A stretch of 53,391 bases of DNA. Source: Parcubacteria group bacterium. GTDB taxonomy: Bacteria > Patescibacteriota > JABMPQ01. Shown here in pieces: positions 28,951 through 39,206 of this stretch (positions within the stretch are counted from its first letter, which is position 1; every line of letters begins with the position of its first letter). The notes below the pieces were generated by a model. It did no database searches. It had not been told where the DNA came from and saw nothing but the letters and a program-made list of their open reading frames with translations. The translations under genes and the position numbers were made by a program. The stretch spans positions 1 through 53,391 of the forward strand of contig JABMPQ010000038.1 in the NCBI GenBank assembly GCA_013202585.1, given 5' to 3'.

Positions 28951-30294
28951 CTACAATACCTTCCCAATCGCCTCTTTAACTGTATCTACCATTAATATCT
29001 CACAGTCCCTTTCTTTGGGCTGATCTTTTGTTTTAGGTAGCAATATCTTCTTAAAGCCTAGCTTTTTAGCTTCGCTGATTCTTCTGGTTAGTTGCGAGAT
29101 AGACCGCACTTCCCCGGCTAGTCCAACTTCACCTAAAACAATCATCTCTGGGTCTAAGGTTTTATTTAAGAACGACGAGGCCACCGAAAGACACACAGCC
29201 AAATCAACAGCTGGTTCTTTGATTTTAAAACCACCGACAATATTCAAATAGACGTCACGGTCGTGTAGTTTCAACCCCGCCCGTTTAGTTAGAACCGCTA
29301 TCAGCAACTGAAGGCGATTAACATCATAACCAGAAGCCGTCCGCTTGGGATAACCAAATACTGTGCGTGACGTCAGACCTTGCACTTCGACCAGAAAAGA
29401 ACGATTACCTTCCAAAGTAGCGGTAACTACTGAACCCGGCGCGCCCACTTTGCGCTCCGCCAAAAACAAGCCAGCTGGATTTTTGACCTCTACTAAGCCA
29501 TTTTCTTTCATTTCGAAAACACCGACCTCATTAGTCGAGCCAAATCTATTTTTCACGCTGCGCAAGATGCGAAAAGAATGATAACGATCACCTTCTAAAT
29601 ACAAAACCACGTCTACCAAATGCTCCAACGTCTTCGGTCCCGCCACATTGCCTTCCTTAGTAACATGACCAACCAAGATGATTGGGATATTATACGATTT
29701 AGCCAGCTCGATCAATTTGTAAGCAGCTTCACGGACTTGAGTGATGCTGCCTGCCATCGAAGAAATATCGCCGGACAGCATTGTCTGAATGGAATCAATA
29801 ATGACCAGGCCCGGCTTGTTCTCTCTGATCGTAGTAGTGATATTGTCAACGTTCATCTCCGACAAAAAACGTAGTTGATCAGTTTTAACTCCCAGTCGCT
29901 GTGCCCGCATCTGTATCTGTTCGGCTGATTCTTCGCCCGACACGTATAGCACCGACGGCGCCTGATTAGCACAACCAGCCTGCAATAATAAAGTTGACTT
30001 ACCAATTCCCGGCTCTCCGCCAAGCAAAATAACTGAGCCGGGTACAATACCACCCCCCAACACTTGATTAAGTTCAACAATACCCGTGCCTATCCTTTTG
30101 CCGGCAACACCGCCAGTCTTGGCCAAAGCTACTGGCTTAATAGCTTGACCCGATCTCGCCCGACTAGTGGCCGGCTCCGACTTGCTTTCAGCGGCCAAGC
30201 AATTCCACTCACCGCAAGCCTCACATTTCCCACTCCAACGCAAAAACTCCGCCCCGCATTTCTGACAAACGTAAGTTTTGCCTGATTTGGCCAT
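28951..30294 (-). CDS. radA: DNA repair protein RadA/Sms
   Basis: C4 Zn finger, GEPGIGKS, IIDSIQT, KNRFG and a Lon-like C-terminus. Confidence 0.97.
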   Translation of the reverse strand: MAKSGKTYVCQKCGAEFLRWSGKCEACGEWNCLAAESKSEPATSRARSGQAIKPVALAKTGGVAGKRIGTGIVELNQVLGGGIVPGSVILLGGEPGIGKSTLLLQAGCANQAPSVLYVSGEESAEQIQMRAQRLGVKTDQLRFLSEMNVDNITTTIRENKPGLVIIDSIQTMLSGDISSMAGSITQVREAAYKLIELAKSYNIPIILVGHVTKEGNVAGPKTLEHLVDVVLYLEGDRYHSFRILRSVKNRFGSTNEVGVFEMKENGLVEVKNPAGLFLAERKVGAPGSVVTATLEGNRSFLVEVQGLTSRTVFGYPKRTASGYDVNRLQLLIAVLTKRAGLKLHDRDVYLNIVGGFKIKEPAVDLAVCLSVASSFLNKTLDPEMIVLGEVGLAGEVRSISQLTRRISEAKKLGFKKILLPKTKDQPKERDCEILMVDTVKEAIGKVL

Positions 30295-30358
30295 AATAGT
30301 TTTCTTTAGTTCATTTAGTATAGCTGAGAAAAATTAAGCCGTCAAAATTAACTAACTA

Positions 30359-30388
30359 CAAAAAATCCCCCATTAATTAACAGGGGAC
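30359..30388 (-). terminator. Terminator ending the T4SS-like operon
   Basis: On - strand, TCCCC-TGTTAATTAATG-GGGGA followed by a T-run. Confidence 0.65.
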
Positions 30389-30412
30389 AAATCAAAGGCT
30401 ATTTCTAGACGC

Positions 30413-31603
30413 CTATTCCCAAGCCACCAAATCGACCGAATATAAATTCAAATCAAGGAAATTGATAAAATAGAGTTTGGTTTCGTCTGCGCTAAGAAAC
30501 ATCTCCTTGACGCCAATGTCAGGATTCTCAGCAACCACACTAACCAGCTGCTCATCGTCACCACTGGCTAAGTCTAACCGCCAGATACTTTCCAAAGTCA
30601 TATAATTAAGATTGCCCTCGCTTTCTTCCAAATCAACTAGTTCGCCATAGGTGTAATAAATTGACTTATCCTCTGATCCCCATAGCGCCTGCTCTATGTA
30701 GGCATTCCCCAAATTGATGTCTTGACGATTGTCACCATTGTTATCAATTATAAAAAGCTGCGGCTGACTGTCGTCGCCGTAAGTCTCGCAAAGTAATTTT
30801 TGACCAGTGGGAGAAATCAAAACGGCTGTTATGCCGCTAATTACCTGCTTGACTTTCTGTTCGCTGAAATCGTAACGGTAGAGGGCTCTAGCTTCGTTGT
30901 CTTCATAAAAATAGTATAAGTTATTGTCGGCATAGCCTACAAACTCCACCTCGGCCAACTCCGACGCTGAATCTAAAGTCACCAAATTCTCCCAATCAGA
31001 GCCATTGGCGTTGGCTCGCGAAATATAGTTTGTTTCTAGGTCTTCATCGAAATAATGGTAAGCAATCTTATTGTTGTCTAGCCAGGTAATATCAACATAT
31101 TTTTCACTCAGAATTAACGACTCTCGGGTATTGAAATCAAGCAATATTTTATTATGCGGAGCCAGCCGACTAAAAATAGCTTTTTGTTGCTCTGATTCTG
31201 TTGTTTCCTCTTCGCCCTTGCCATCATAAACAACAGCTGCTCGACCATCCAGTGACCAACGAACATCCAAAATATCAGTAAGCTCTTGGAAAGGCAGTAG
31301 AGATGTTCTCTTGCCATCGATCAAATCGAATTGATACAAATCGTTTGTATCCAGAGATTGATAGTAAAATGCTTGCTCGGCGGGAATAAACTTAGTTTGA
31401 GTGACAGCTTCATTTATTTCCCGCACAATACTAATCGATTCACTAGCCACCAGACCCTCTATTTTCGTTTGTTCTTCGACATTTGCCATCTTAATCGCTT
31501 GACGGGGCAGCCACCAATAATTAATTATTAAAAACGCTGTGAAAATAATCACGTTAGCAACAACGATAGCGATAAATAATTTTTTCTTGGTAGTTGACTC
31601 CAT
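30413..31603 (-). CDS. Membrane-anchored TolB-like beta-propeller protein
   Basis: N-terminal TM anchor; repeats WSLDG, ISPTGQKL and LSADETKLYF; acidic; resembles 33590-34909. Confidence 0.65.
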   Translation of the reverse strand: MESTTKKKLFIAIVVANVIIFTAFLIINYWWLPRQAIKMANVEEQTKIEGLVASESISIVREINEAVTQTKFIPAEQAFYYQSLDTNDLYQFDLIDGKRTSLLPFQELTDILDVRWSLDGRAAVVYDGKGEEETTESEQQKAIFSRLAPHNKILLDFNTRESLILSEKYVDITWLDNNKIAYHYFDEDLETNYISRANANGSDWENLVTLDSASELAEVEFVGYADNNLYYFYEDNEARALYRYDFSEQKVKQVISGITAVLISPTGQKLLCETYGDDSQPQLFIIDNNGDNRQDINLGNAYIEQALWGSEDKSIYYTYGELVDLEESEGNLNYMTLESIWRLDLASGDDEQLVSVVAENPDIGVKEMFLSADETKLYFINFLDLNLYSVDLVAWE

Positions 31604-31606
31604 AGT

Positions 31607-33502
31607 TTATTTCATTTTAGGGGTCTCAGTTTTGCCGCCCGATTCCTCGCAATATTTCCGTTGAAATTTAGCTGCCTTGTATATATATTTAATTGATCCT
31701 GAATGACACCAAGATGGTTTAGTAGTAGAGGAAGTGCAATTTTTCGCGCCAGAGTTATAGGCTCCAGCTGCCACTGATAAATGATTGCCACAACTTTTTA
31801 GCGTCCTTTTGAGAAAATAAATACCCATATCAACGGCGTCTTCAATATTATTATCAAACCACTTCTTGCATACTGTTGGATACTTTTCACAGACAGAGCG
31901 GCCCGGTTTGATCGTGCAACAGTTCGTATTAATCGTAGACCTTTTGTAGCTACCACAATAGGTTTTTGCTGTGTCGGGATTATATTTTCCAGAAAACTTA
32001 AGTGGCTCTTTTGTACAGATAGCGGGAACAGCCTTGCCGGAAGGTGGCTTCCAAACTCTAAAAATATAAGACGCCGTACTCGGTTGAAATTGCATAATAC
32101 CATAAGCACCCGTTACCGATTCAACGTTATAGTCTTTTCCTAGGCCAGTCTCCACCAGCATAATGGCCTTTACGTAAGTAGAATCCAGTCCTTGTCGATT
32201 AGCGGCAGCAATGATTGCCCCGTCCCACTTGTGCTTTGGCACTAACTCCTTATCACACTTCTTAATATCCGGAACTGGCACTGGACAAGCACCCACTGTC
32301 TGAAAACCGGCCGTACAACACCATTTGTCGTTCAAACCCAAAACATCATCATATTTCCCATTGATACAAGAAGTTCCACTACCACACTTAGCTTCTTTGC
32401 TTTCGCAATCGGACTGACTAGAATATGATTCAAGATAATCACAGACATTAATGGGAGTACTATCCGATCCGCCGCCAGTCACCATCTTGAGCACAGGAAT
32501 TTCAATTTTACACTCCAGCAAATACGGATTCAACACCATAAACCCAACATACGCCGTCATAGCTATAAATAAGCCAGTTAAGGCGCCACCGATCAAGTCC
32601 TTGGCCTTAGTCAGTTTGGCCGAATCACCAGCTGACGCTAGCCACACCACACCACCCAAAATGATAACTAGCATGGCTAACCCACCAGCAATTTTAATGG
32701 CAAAATCAAATATTTTCTTCCAGTAATCGCAAACATCTTTAACTTCACCAAAAAAGCCGGAAGTAAAATTAGTTGGGACTGATTCAGGAGTACCGAAAGT
32801 AACTGAATCACCAGCGTCTTTAGCACTAATCACCGGACAAGCGTCAGCCGGATGAGGGGTACTTTTTGTACCTGCTGGTAAGATATCAACAGCTGACTTG
32901 ACCGCTTTGGCGATAATACCATAGCCCGTACCGGTAAGATGTAAACCATCTTTACCAGTATTGGCTGCATACCCTGGCTTTTTCGGATCTTCGAGGATAG
33001 AGTAGGCGTCTACAACTTTACTGGCTCCGACACTACCCAATTTGCTATTTACATCTTTAGTTTTTTGTTTGATTTTGTCAGTGGATTTAGAATTCCCGCC
33101 CGAAGGAGAAACATTAACCACAATGACATTACCAGCCCCGGCACTCTTGGCCTTACTAACCATGCTTTTGACACTGCTGACAATGTTATCAGTGCCGACA
33201 CTACTATAAATATCATTAATTCCTGCCCAGATAACCACAGTATGAAATTCGCCGCCGCCACACTTTAAAAACCCATCAAATTTACCATTCAAATTTTTTG
33301 CCTGCCACCCACCATAGACCTGAGCAGTATAGGAATTACTCTTGTCGCTACTTCTCAACACTGGGCTATATCCCACCGACAAAGAATCACCTACCAATAA
33401 AACCTTTTTACTAGCTGTATCCGCCGGACTAGCAAAAGCCAGTAGCCCCAAAGCCACTGCGGTGAAAACAACAAATTTAAAATATTTTTTGGGAGTAAAC
33501 AT
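31607..33502 (-). CDS. SGNH hydrolase - VirB2/TrbC-like pilin - Cys-rich - lytic transglycosylase (SLT) fusion
   Basis: Signal peptide; GDSL, GINDI and DGLH (SGNH); GG..W..SAGD..K..KAK..I.GALTGL....Y....LNP.L (CPR pilin); AIMLVET, GAYGIMQF and GAYNSG (SLT). Confidence 0.82.
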   Translation of the reverse strand: MFTPKKYFKFVVFTAVALGLLAFASPADTASKKVLLVGDSLSVGYSPVLRSSDKSNSYTAQVYGGWQAKNLNGKFDGFLKCGGGEFHTVVIWAGINDIYSSVGTDNIVSSVKSMVSKAKSAGAGNVIVVNVSPSGGNSKSTDKIKQKTKDVNSKLGSVGASKVVDAYSILEDPKKPGYAANTGKDGLHLTGTGYGIIAKAVKSAVDILPAGTKSTPHPADACPVISAKDAGDSVTFGTPESVPTNFTSGFFGEVKDVCDYWKKIFDFAIKIAGGLAMLVIILGGVVWLASAGDSAKLTKAKDLIGGALTGLFIAMTAYVGFMVLNPYLLECKIEIPVLKMVTGGGSDSTPINVCDYLESYSSQSDCESKEAKCGSGTSCINGKYDDVLGLNDKWCCTAGFQTVGACPVPVPDIKKCDKELVPKHKWDGAIIAAANRQGLDSTYVKAIMLVETGLGKDYNVESVTGAYGIMQFQPSTASYIFRVWKPPSGKAVPAICTKEPLKFSGKYNPDTAKTYCGSYKRSTINTNCCTIKPGRSVCEKYPTVCKKWFDNNIEDAVDMGIYFLKRTLKSCGNHLSVAAGAYNSGAKNCTSSTTKPSWCHSGSIKYIYKAAKFQRKYCEESGGKTETPKMK

Positions 33503-33589
33503 AGTAATCGCTAAACAAGGCGACCTAAGGAGGCTGTTACCAGACACCTCAAGCCGCCTTGCAGGATAAACTTATTATCTATTGGCTAA

Positions 33590-34909
33590 CTATTCCTTCT
33601 CCTCAATCATCCCCTGAGGAATATTCAAGGCGTATGTTTTATTATCGATACGATTTTTGAAATAGAATATCTTGCCATCACTGGAAACAGAACCTTTGTC
33701 ACTGACATCAACATCAAAAGTATCGCCGAAATAATCAGAAGCAGCTATTAGATCTATGGCCAAGGTTTCGGTGTCAATTTTATAAAAGGCATCAGTGGAA
33801 ATAAAATTCTCTTCGCGATAATCATTAGGCATAACCATATTGTTTGGCCAAAAATCTGGTACCCCACAGTAAACTGTTTTATTATCTTTAGCCCAAGCGC
33901 ATTTACTCACCAAGGTGTCAATTTCCAAATAACGCGGTGCGCTTAGACCGATTCTGTCCATGATATACAGGCCCAATTTGCGTGGGTTCTTCACATCTGA
34001 CTGGTTGAATATAACTTTGCTTTTGTCTGGCGATCGTCCATTCTTAGAATTAGCACCATACTGTTCACCTACCACAGTTCGATACGAGTCATCATCAGTC
34101 CTGACTATTGTTTGAATATTTCTTTCTTCGTAACCAGTAGCTTTTTTAGGGTCAACTACAATAGCTACTTCTTTTTCCCCAATCCAGTCTAGTTTTATAT
34201 CAGATCGGGAATAATGATAAAGTGATTGATAATTGCCGGTATCATAAGGATCAGCGACGGAAATATTGGAAATATCATTCTCCTCATCTTTGTAAATATA
34301 AGCAATCTGGCTTTGGTCAGGGGAAAGAGTGACGGACTGAAATTTCTTATCGTATTCAACAGTTTCTTGAGTTTGGAGGTCAAAAATAGCATATTCTTTG
34401 TCTTGACCGTCATTGTCTGAGAAAGCGATTACGGCCTTATCCTTATTAGGAGACCATTCGAGTTCGTAAACATTTTGAAAATTGGCAGAAGTGATCGCTT
34501 CCTGGTTGTTGCCATCGAGATCAGACATATAAAGTTCGCCCTTAGCCGGATCATAGTAGTAAAGATTATTACCATCGGGGGATAGAGTGGTGGACATGGC
34601 ATCATCCTCGATAACAGCTCTGACCGTAGCCTCGTCAATTTCGATGGGCTCTATTTCCTCACCTTCCTCGAGGGCTAACCGTCGGTCTTCTTCGATCTTG
34701 GCAATTTTTTCTTCCAAGGTCGTCCCCTTTTCTACCTCTTCCTCAGTCAACTCGAGACGCACTTTCTCTTCGGAAGTAACTTTGGCTTCTTCCGGAATCT
34801 CGTCAGCCGTTGGCTTCTTAATTAGTGAAGTATAAACAAACCAGCCAGCCACCGCTAAGACTACGACCGCGATTGAGGCAATGATAATGATTTTTGTTTT
34901 ATTAGTCAT
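33590..34909 (-). CDS. Membrane-anchored TolB-like beta-propeller protein
   Basis: TM anchor, coiled linker, repeats LSPDGNNLYY, WSPNKDK, LSPDQSQIAY and SSDGKIFYF; 'KCAW..VYCGVP..P.DY' motif. Confidence 0.7.
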   Translation of the reverse strand: MTNKTKIIIIASIAVVVLAVAGWFVYTSLIKKPTADEIPEEAKVTSEEKVRLELTEEEVEKGTTLEEKIAKIEEDRRLALEEGEEIEPIEIDEATVRAVIEDDAMSTTLSPDGNNLYYYDPAKGELYMSDLDGNNQEAITSANFQNVYELEWSPNKDKAVIAFSDNDGQDKEYAIFDLQTQETVEYDKKFQSVTLSPDQSQIAYIYKDEENDISNISVADPYDTGNYQSLYHYSRSDIKLDWIGEKEVAIVVDPKKATGYEERNIQTIVRTDDDSYRTVVGEQYGANSKNGRSPDKSKVIFNQSDVKNPRKLGLYIMDRIGLSAPRYLEIDTLVSKCAWAKDNKTVYCGVPDFWPNNMVMPNDYREENFISTDAFYKIDTETLAIDLIAASDYFGDTFDVDVSDKGSVSSDGKIFYFKNRIDNKTYALNIPQGMIEEKE

Positions 34910-34953
34910 GTTTTTTTTATTTGCGTGGTAAGGAGACGTTTATTACTAAGTTT

Positions 34954-35721
34954 CTATATTTCTTCGCAAGTTGATATATTAACGCCACCGAAACCGGCAA
35001 CCCTGTCTACTATATTAATAAGGGTAAAGCCAAACACGCCTGCTGACTTCTTACCTACATCTTTGCACTTGGTGCCTGGCGGACATTTTTGGGGGAAACT
35101 AATGCCACCATACCCTGTCTTTGTGTTACAGGCGTTACTAGTGCTTGAGTTCTGCCAGCCTGAACCATAAGCAGCTATGCCACACACATCGCCTTCTTTG
35201 GCATAGCAATACCCCTTAATACATTGGGTCTTTATAGATTCTTTACGTTTCTCATCCTTGCCCGCAGTACATTCATAAATGTAAAGATCAAAACCTTTGC
35301 ACTCACTCGCACTGGAACATTTTTTGGCATTATCACCCCACTTATCATCTGCTTCCGACGTCGCTTGTTGCATATCCGGCACTTTAATATTAAGCTCAAC
35401 TAATCGAGGATCCAAGGTTCGCAGGATAACGTACGAGCCCATCACTAGAACCAGACCAATCAGCGCTCCGGCAAACATCTCCTTGGCCTTAGTCACATGC
35501 TCTTCATTGCCAGAAGAACGCATATAATTTACTCCGGCCAACACAAGCGCACCCATCGCCACTGCTCCGACAATAGACGATCCAAATATGTAAAATGTTT
35601 TTACATACTGAGTAACATCGCTACTTTCACCAAAAAATCCAGCTGCTCCAAACACGCGCGCTGGAATTAACAACAACAGCCCCAAAAGCATCCCAGCCAA
35701 TTTGTAAAAATGTCGAAACAT
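34954..35721 (-). CDS. VirB2/TrbC-like pilin with a Cys-rich C-terminal domain
   Basis: Signal peptide; 'AGVNYMRSSGNEEHVTKAKEMFAGALIGLVLVMGSYVILRTLDPRL' pilin hairpin. Confidence 0.8.
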   Translation of the reverse strand: MFRHFYKLAGMLLGLLLLIPARVFGAAGFFGESSDVTQYVKTFYIFGSSIVGAVAMGALVLAGVNYMRSSGNEEHVTKAKEMFAGALIGLVLVMGSYVILRTLDPRLVELNIKVPDMQQATSEADDKWGDNAKKCSSASECKGFDLYIYECTAGKDEKRKESIKTQCIKGYCYAKEGDVCGIAAYGSGWQNSSTSNACNTKTGYGGISFPQKCPPGTKCKDVGKKSAGVFGFTLINIVDRVAGFGGVNISTCEEI

Positions 35722-35730
35722 AGTCACTAA

Positions 35731-38700
35731 TTAATCTCTACCTCGACTTCCCACCACACCAGAAGCGAAAACTAACACCAAAGCAGCAATACTTAAAGTA
35801 ATAAATACGTTAAAGACATTGCGTACACTATCGGGAACAAAGCTTTCAATAAAGCTCTTAGCTCCCGACACTCCGCCAGCTGTGCTATCCTCTGTCACCT
35901 TTATTGTTACAGTTGTTTCGCTGCCCTCTAGCTTTTGTCCCTTATCATCCAGGCTATCAATTTGCACTTTTATCACTTCGGATGTTTGTTTCTTGTCACC
36001 CGCGGTAAACTCCATGATGCCAATCCGGTTAGTCGTAGTTGAGGTATCCACCTTTTCACCGTTCCGGTACCAAGTATAAACAAATTTTTGTTTGTTGACT
36101 GGCAGAAAATACTGGGCGGTAGCCTTTACTTCCACCTTCGTCCCCCGCTTGGCGCTATAAGTGACGGTGCCATCTTTTTGAGTCGGCCCTTTAGAGAATC
36201 CTTTGGCTGGTTTTAATTCAGCGTAAGCAGCTAATACTTTAATACCTTCTCGTTTACGAGCAACTAGCTTATTACTCCCATCGTAAACTTTAACTTCAAC
36301 ATAATGACTGTCCTTCCCGCGTGGATCGGAAGGGCTAGTACCTTTGTCGTTGACTGAGGCAACCGCACCAGCAGTTGGTTCTACTTGAATTGATTTAAAA
36401 TCTTTACCTTTGCCACTTTTGTCTTTCTGTTCCACACCATCAACTGACCAACGATAAGTTAAGTTATCAGCAAACCTTTTCTGCTTAACTTCCTTGCTAT
36501 CGTTGAGAGACGTTTTAGCTCCCGTCTCCACCCCACAAGCACCTTCATCATAACCATCAAGCTCGGCAGTATACTTTACCTTATCGTACTGACGGACACC
36601 TCCTTTATCGCTAGTATTTACGTCTTTCTTAGATTTATCATCGGCAGGATCACATTTGCCGAGTTTTTGGGGATTATCATTACAGACAACTTCTTTCATA
36701 AAACTCAGATCCATCAAAATTGGGATCTCCGCTGTAGCCATCGTAGTCTGCGCTGTTGTCGGATCGGTGACTTCCAGCATCACTTTAGCCCCCACACAAG
36801 GCTGACTTACTCCTTGGCTGGCGGTAAACTCCAGAGAACTTTTACCAAACCCAGATTGCTTGCCAAGCGCCTCGGCCATTGCAAAGTAGGTTGGGTTACA
36901 AGGACAAGCCTCACTGGAATACTGACTGCCAGTCGCGCTTGGTACTGGATAATCATTAAGATACCACTGATAGAAGAGAGAGTCAGGATCAACGTTTTCT
37001 AGGTTACCAACTGCTGCTTTAACTAATACTTTATTATCAGCAATGGTAACATTGCTCGGCGTAACGGAAAGCATTACTTGCAGTGACAGCCCGCCGCCTT
37101 CTTTCATTAGAGTTTTCGAATCCGCCCGAACAAAATTAACTTCGCCCTTATAAAGAGATCGAGTGCTTTTACCATAAGAACGAACTACTACGGAATAATC
37201 CTCGCCCGTTTTAATTTTATTGAGTTTCAGACTAACTGTGTTCTGCTCCATGCCATAGAAATCAGCCGCATCTGAAACGCCATCGTTGTCAGTATCAGCT
37301 ATCGTGGGATCAGTGCCAGCCACAAATTCAAAGTAATTACTGCCATCACCGCCCACTTTATTTTTAGAACGTTCCACACCTGGTCCAATCCCTAAAGTTT
37401 TCATATCTATGAAGGTGGTTCTAGACAACTGCTGATAATACACCGAGAAGTCGATAGTATCATCATCCCAATCGTCCCCCGCCCGCACCGAATCCAAGAA
37501 ATCTCTTAATTCTTGTGGGTGGAGGGTACCGTCAGTAGTATTACAGCAAGGAGGGAAATAAACTTCTGGTTCCGATTCATCCTCATCACTCTCACCCCTG
37601 TCAATTATCTTGCCAGCCAACTCACCAAAATACTTCATTTCCCACAGATCCGGCATACCATCATCATCCCTATCTTTGTATCCTACTGTCCCAGTTGCTT
37701 CCACCATTTTACCTTCTTTCGGATCATTAGCTTCAGTGTCGTCAAGTTTGGTAAAGACACGCGATAGGTTTATTCTACTGCCACGACTCCCTTTATTTAT
37801 TCCATCTCTGTTGCCCTGCCAATCTTCTTCCTTGCTAGCCCATTTACCTCTATATATCAGCAAAAGAGCCTGACCAAAGGCCTGCAGGTTGTCATGGTCG
37901 CAGGGCTCGCCAGCGCCACTATAGGAATACTGTGTTATATTGAACGAATCTTCGTAATCCTTCACACAAGCATCATACGAATAATTCTGTGGTATACGCG
38001 GAGGGTTGCCCCCAAAATTGCCCTGCCAGTATTTTACAAACTCTCCGGCATCATAAGTTACTTGAGGGAAACTCTTGTATCTCACTTTTACTTTATTTAC
38101 TCCATTCTCTTTTTTTCTTTTATTCCAGAGAACGTCTATACTTTCGGAAGAAGAAGCTATCTTGCCTATCTCTTCATAGGAAAAGGACTCATAAATAACA
38201 TATAGATCCTGATCAGTCGGGCAGCTAGCCGCTATTTTATTATTAGCCTTACTCCACTCGACCGCTTCGTATCCCAAATTGGCCATCTTTTTTAGATAAG
38301 TGCTAGTGTAGCTCTTATCTAGACAACGATACGAACCAACACTATCAGTAGTAAAAGCAGTTTTTTCTTTACCTAGAGGGTCAGGCAAATTGTCATCCTT
38401 CTCGGCCATTTGGTAATTAGAGCCCCGGGTAGGCATTCTATCAGCTATTATGCGAGGGCTGCTGAATGAAATGTTGTTCACACCGATCATCGCCGCAATT
38501 CCCTCTTGAACCAACATGGTATAATACTGATCATGCGAATAAACAAAACCATACTTATCAAAACGACTACCGTATGTATCCGTCACCATCTGACTTCTAA
38601 TTAGGCCAGAATCATGCCAACCCTGCGAACCTATCGGCCAGGGCGGGGATTGACAAAGGCCCTCGCCACCATAAAGCCGTCCCCATTGGTTGGTTATCTT

Positions 38701-39162
38701 GGGAACATATTTAGCGTTAAATACTTTCTTTTGCTTACGAAAACTCTTGCCTTTGCTATCTTTCTCAATTGTTTCTACATAAACCTCCTCGACATCTTTA
38801 CTGTTTTTCTTCCTAACTATTTCCGTCCCATCGGGATACTCTATACCCTTCCAATCGACTACTGCCATCGTAATTTTATCAGATGACCCAGCATAGAAAG
38901 TATTAAGCGGTTTGCCGTCAATACACCAATTATCAAAAACACCACTACCTAAGAAATTTTCGTGCTCAGCCATCATAGAAATTTTGGCACCGGGGTGAAC
39001 GGTTTTGGGTATCGTTTTTATTTTCACTGTCGGATAAGCTGGCTTTGCAACTTCATCAGCTGCCTGGGTAATACCAAACACGGCCATTGTCCCGACAGCC
39101 AATCCGATAGCTAAACAGCTAGCCAACACTACATATTTGTATTTTTTCAAGAAATCTCGCAT
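35731..39162 (-). CDS. Large surface protein: signal/TM, Ca-binding DxDxDG repeats, Ig/PKD-like domains, C-terminal TM
   Basis: DRDDDGMPDLWE and DTDNDGVSD; repeated Y.W..(D/N) beta-sandwich motifs (FYQWYLND, TYRWSVDG, VYTWYRNG); hydrophobic C-terminus. Confidence 0.65.
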   Translation of the reverse strand: MRDFLKKYKYVVLASCLAIGLAVGTMAVFGITQAADEVAKPAYPTVKIKTIPKTVHPGAKISMMAEHENFLGSGVFDNWCIDGKPLNTFYAGSSDKITMAVVDWKGIEYPDGTEIVRKKNSKDVEEVYVETIEKDSKGKSFRKQKKVFNAKYVPKITNQWGRLYGGEGLCQSPPWPIGSQGWHDSGLIRSQMVTDTYGSRFDKYGFVYSHDQYYTMLVQEGIAAMIGVNNISFSSPRIIADRMPTRGSNYQMAEKDDNLPDPLGKEKTAFTTDSVGSYRCLDKSYTSTYLKKMANLGYEAVEWSKANNKIAASCPTDQDLYVIYESFSYEEIGKIASSSESIDVLWNKRKKENGVNKVKVRYKSFPQVTYDAGEFVKYWQGNFGGNPPRIPQNYSYDACVKDYEDSFNITQYSYSGAGEPCDHDNLQAFGQALLLIYRGKWASKEEDWQGNRDGINKGSRGSRINLSRVFTKLDDTEANDPKEGKMVEATGTVGYKDRDDDGMPDLWEMKYFGELAGKIIDRGESDEDESEPEVYFPPCCNTTDGTLHPQELRDFLDSVRAGDDWDDDTIDFSVYYQQLSRTTFIDMKTLGIGPGVERSKNKVGGDGSNYFEFVAGTDPTIADTDNDGVSDAADFYGMEQNTVSLKLNKIKTGEDYSVVVRSYGKSTRSLYKGEVNFVRADSKTLMKEGGGLSLQVMLSVTPSNVTIADNKVLVKAAVGNLENVDPDSLFYQWYLNDYPVPSATGSQYSSEACPCNPTYFAMAEALGKQSGFGKSSLEFTASQGVSQPCVGAKVMLEVTDPTTAQTTMATAEIPILMDLSFMKEVVCNDNPQKLGKCDPADDKSKKDVNTSDKGGVRQYDKVKYTAELDGYDEGACGVETGAKTSLNDSKEVKQKRFADNLTYRWSVDGVEQKDKSGKGKDFKSIQVEPTAGAVASVNDKGTSPSDPRGKDSHYVEVKVYDGSNKLVARKREGIKVLAAYAELKPAKGFSKGPTQKDGTVTYSAKRGTKVEVKATAQYFLPVNKQKFVYTWYRNGEKVDTSTTTNRIGIMEFTAGDKKQTSEVIKVQIDSLDDKGQKLEGSETTVTIKVTEDSTAGGVSGAKSFIESFVPDSVRNVFNVFITLSIAALVLVFASGVVGSRGRD

Positions 39163-39206
39163 GCCTTTATTTTACTTTATTTTACTGATCTCGCAAAGGA
39201 AAAATG

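Noticed and set aside
33516..33561. Hairpin CAAGGCG..CGCCTTG upstream of the SGNH-pilin-SLT gene as a terminator or riboswitch
   Set aside because: There is no U-tract on the coding strand and no known aptamer motif; at most it is a stabilising or processing hairpin.
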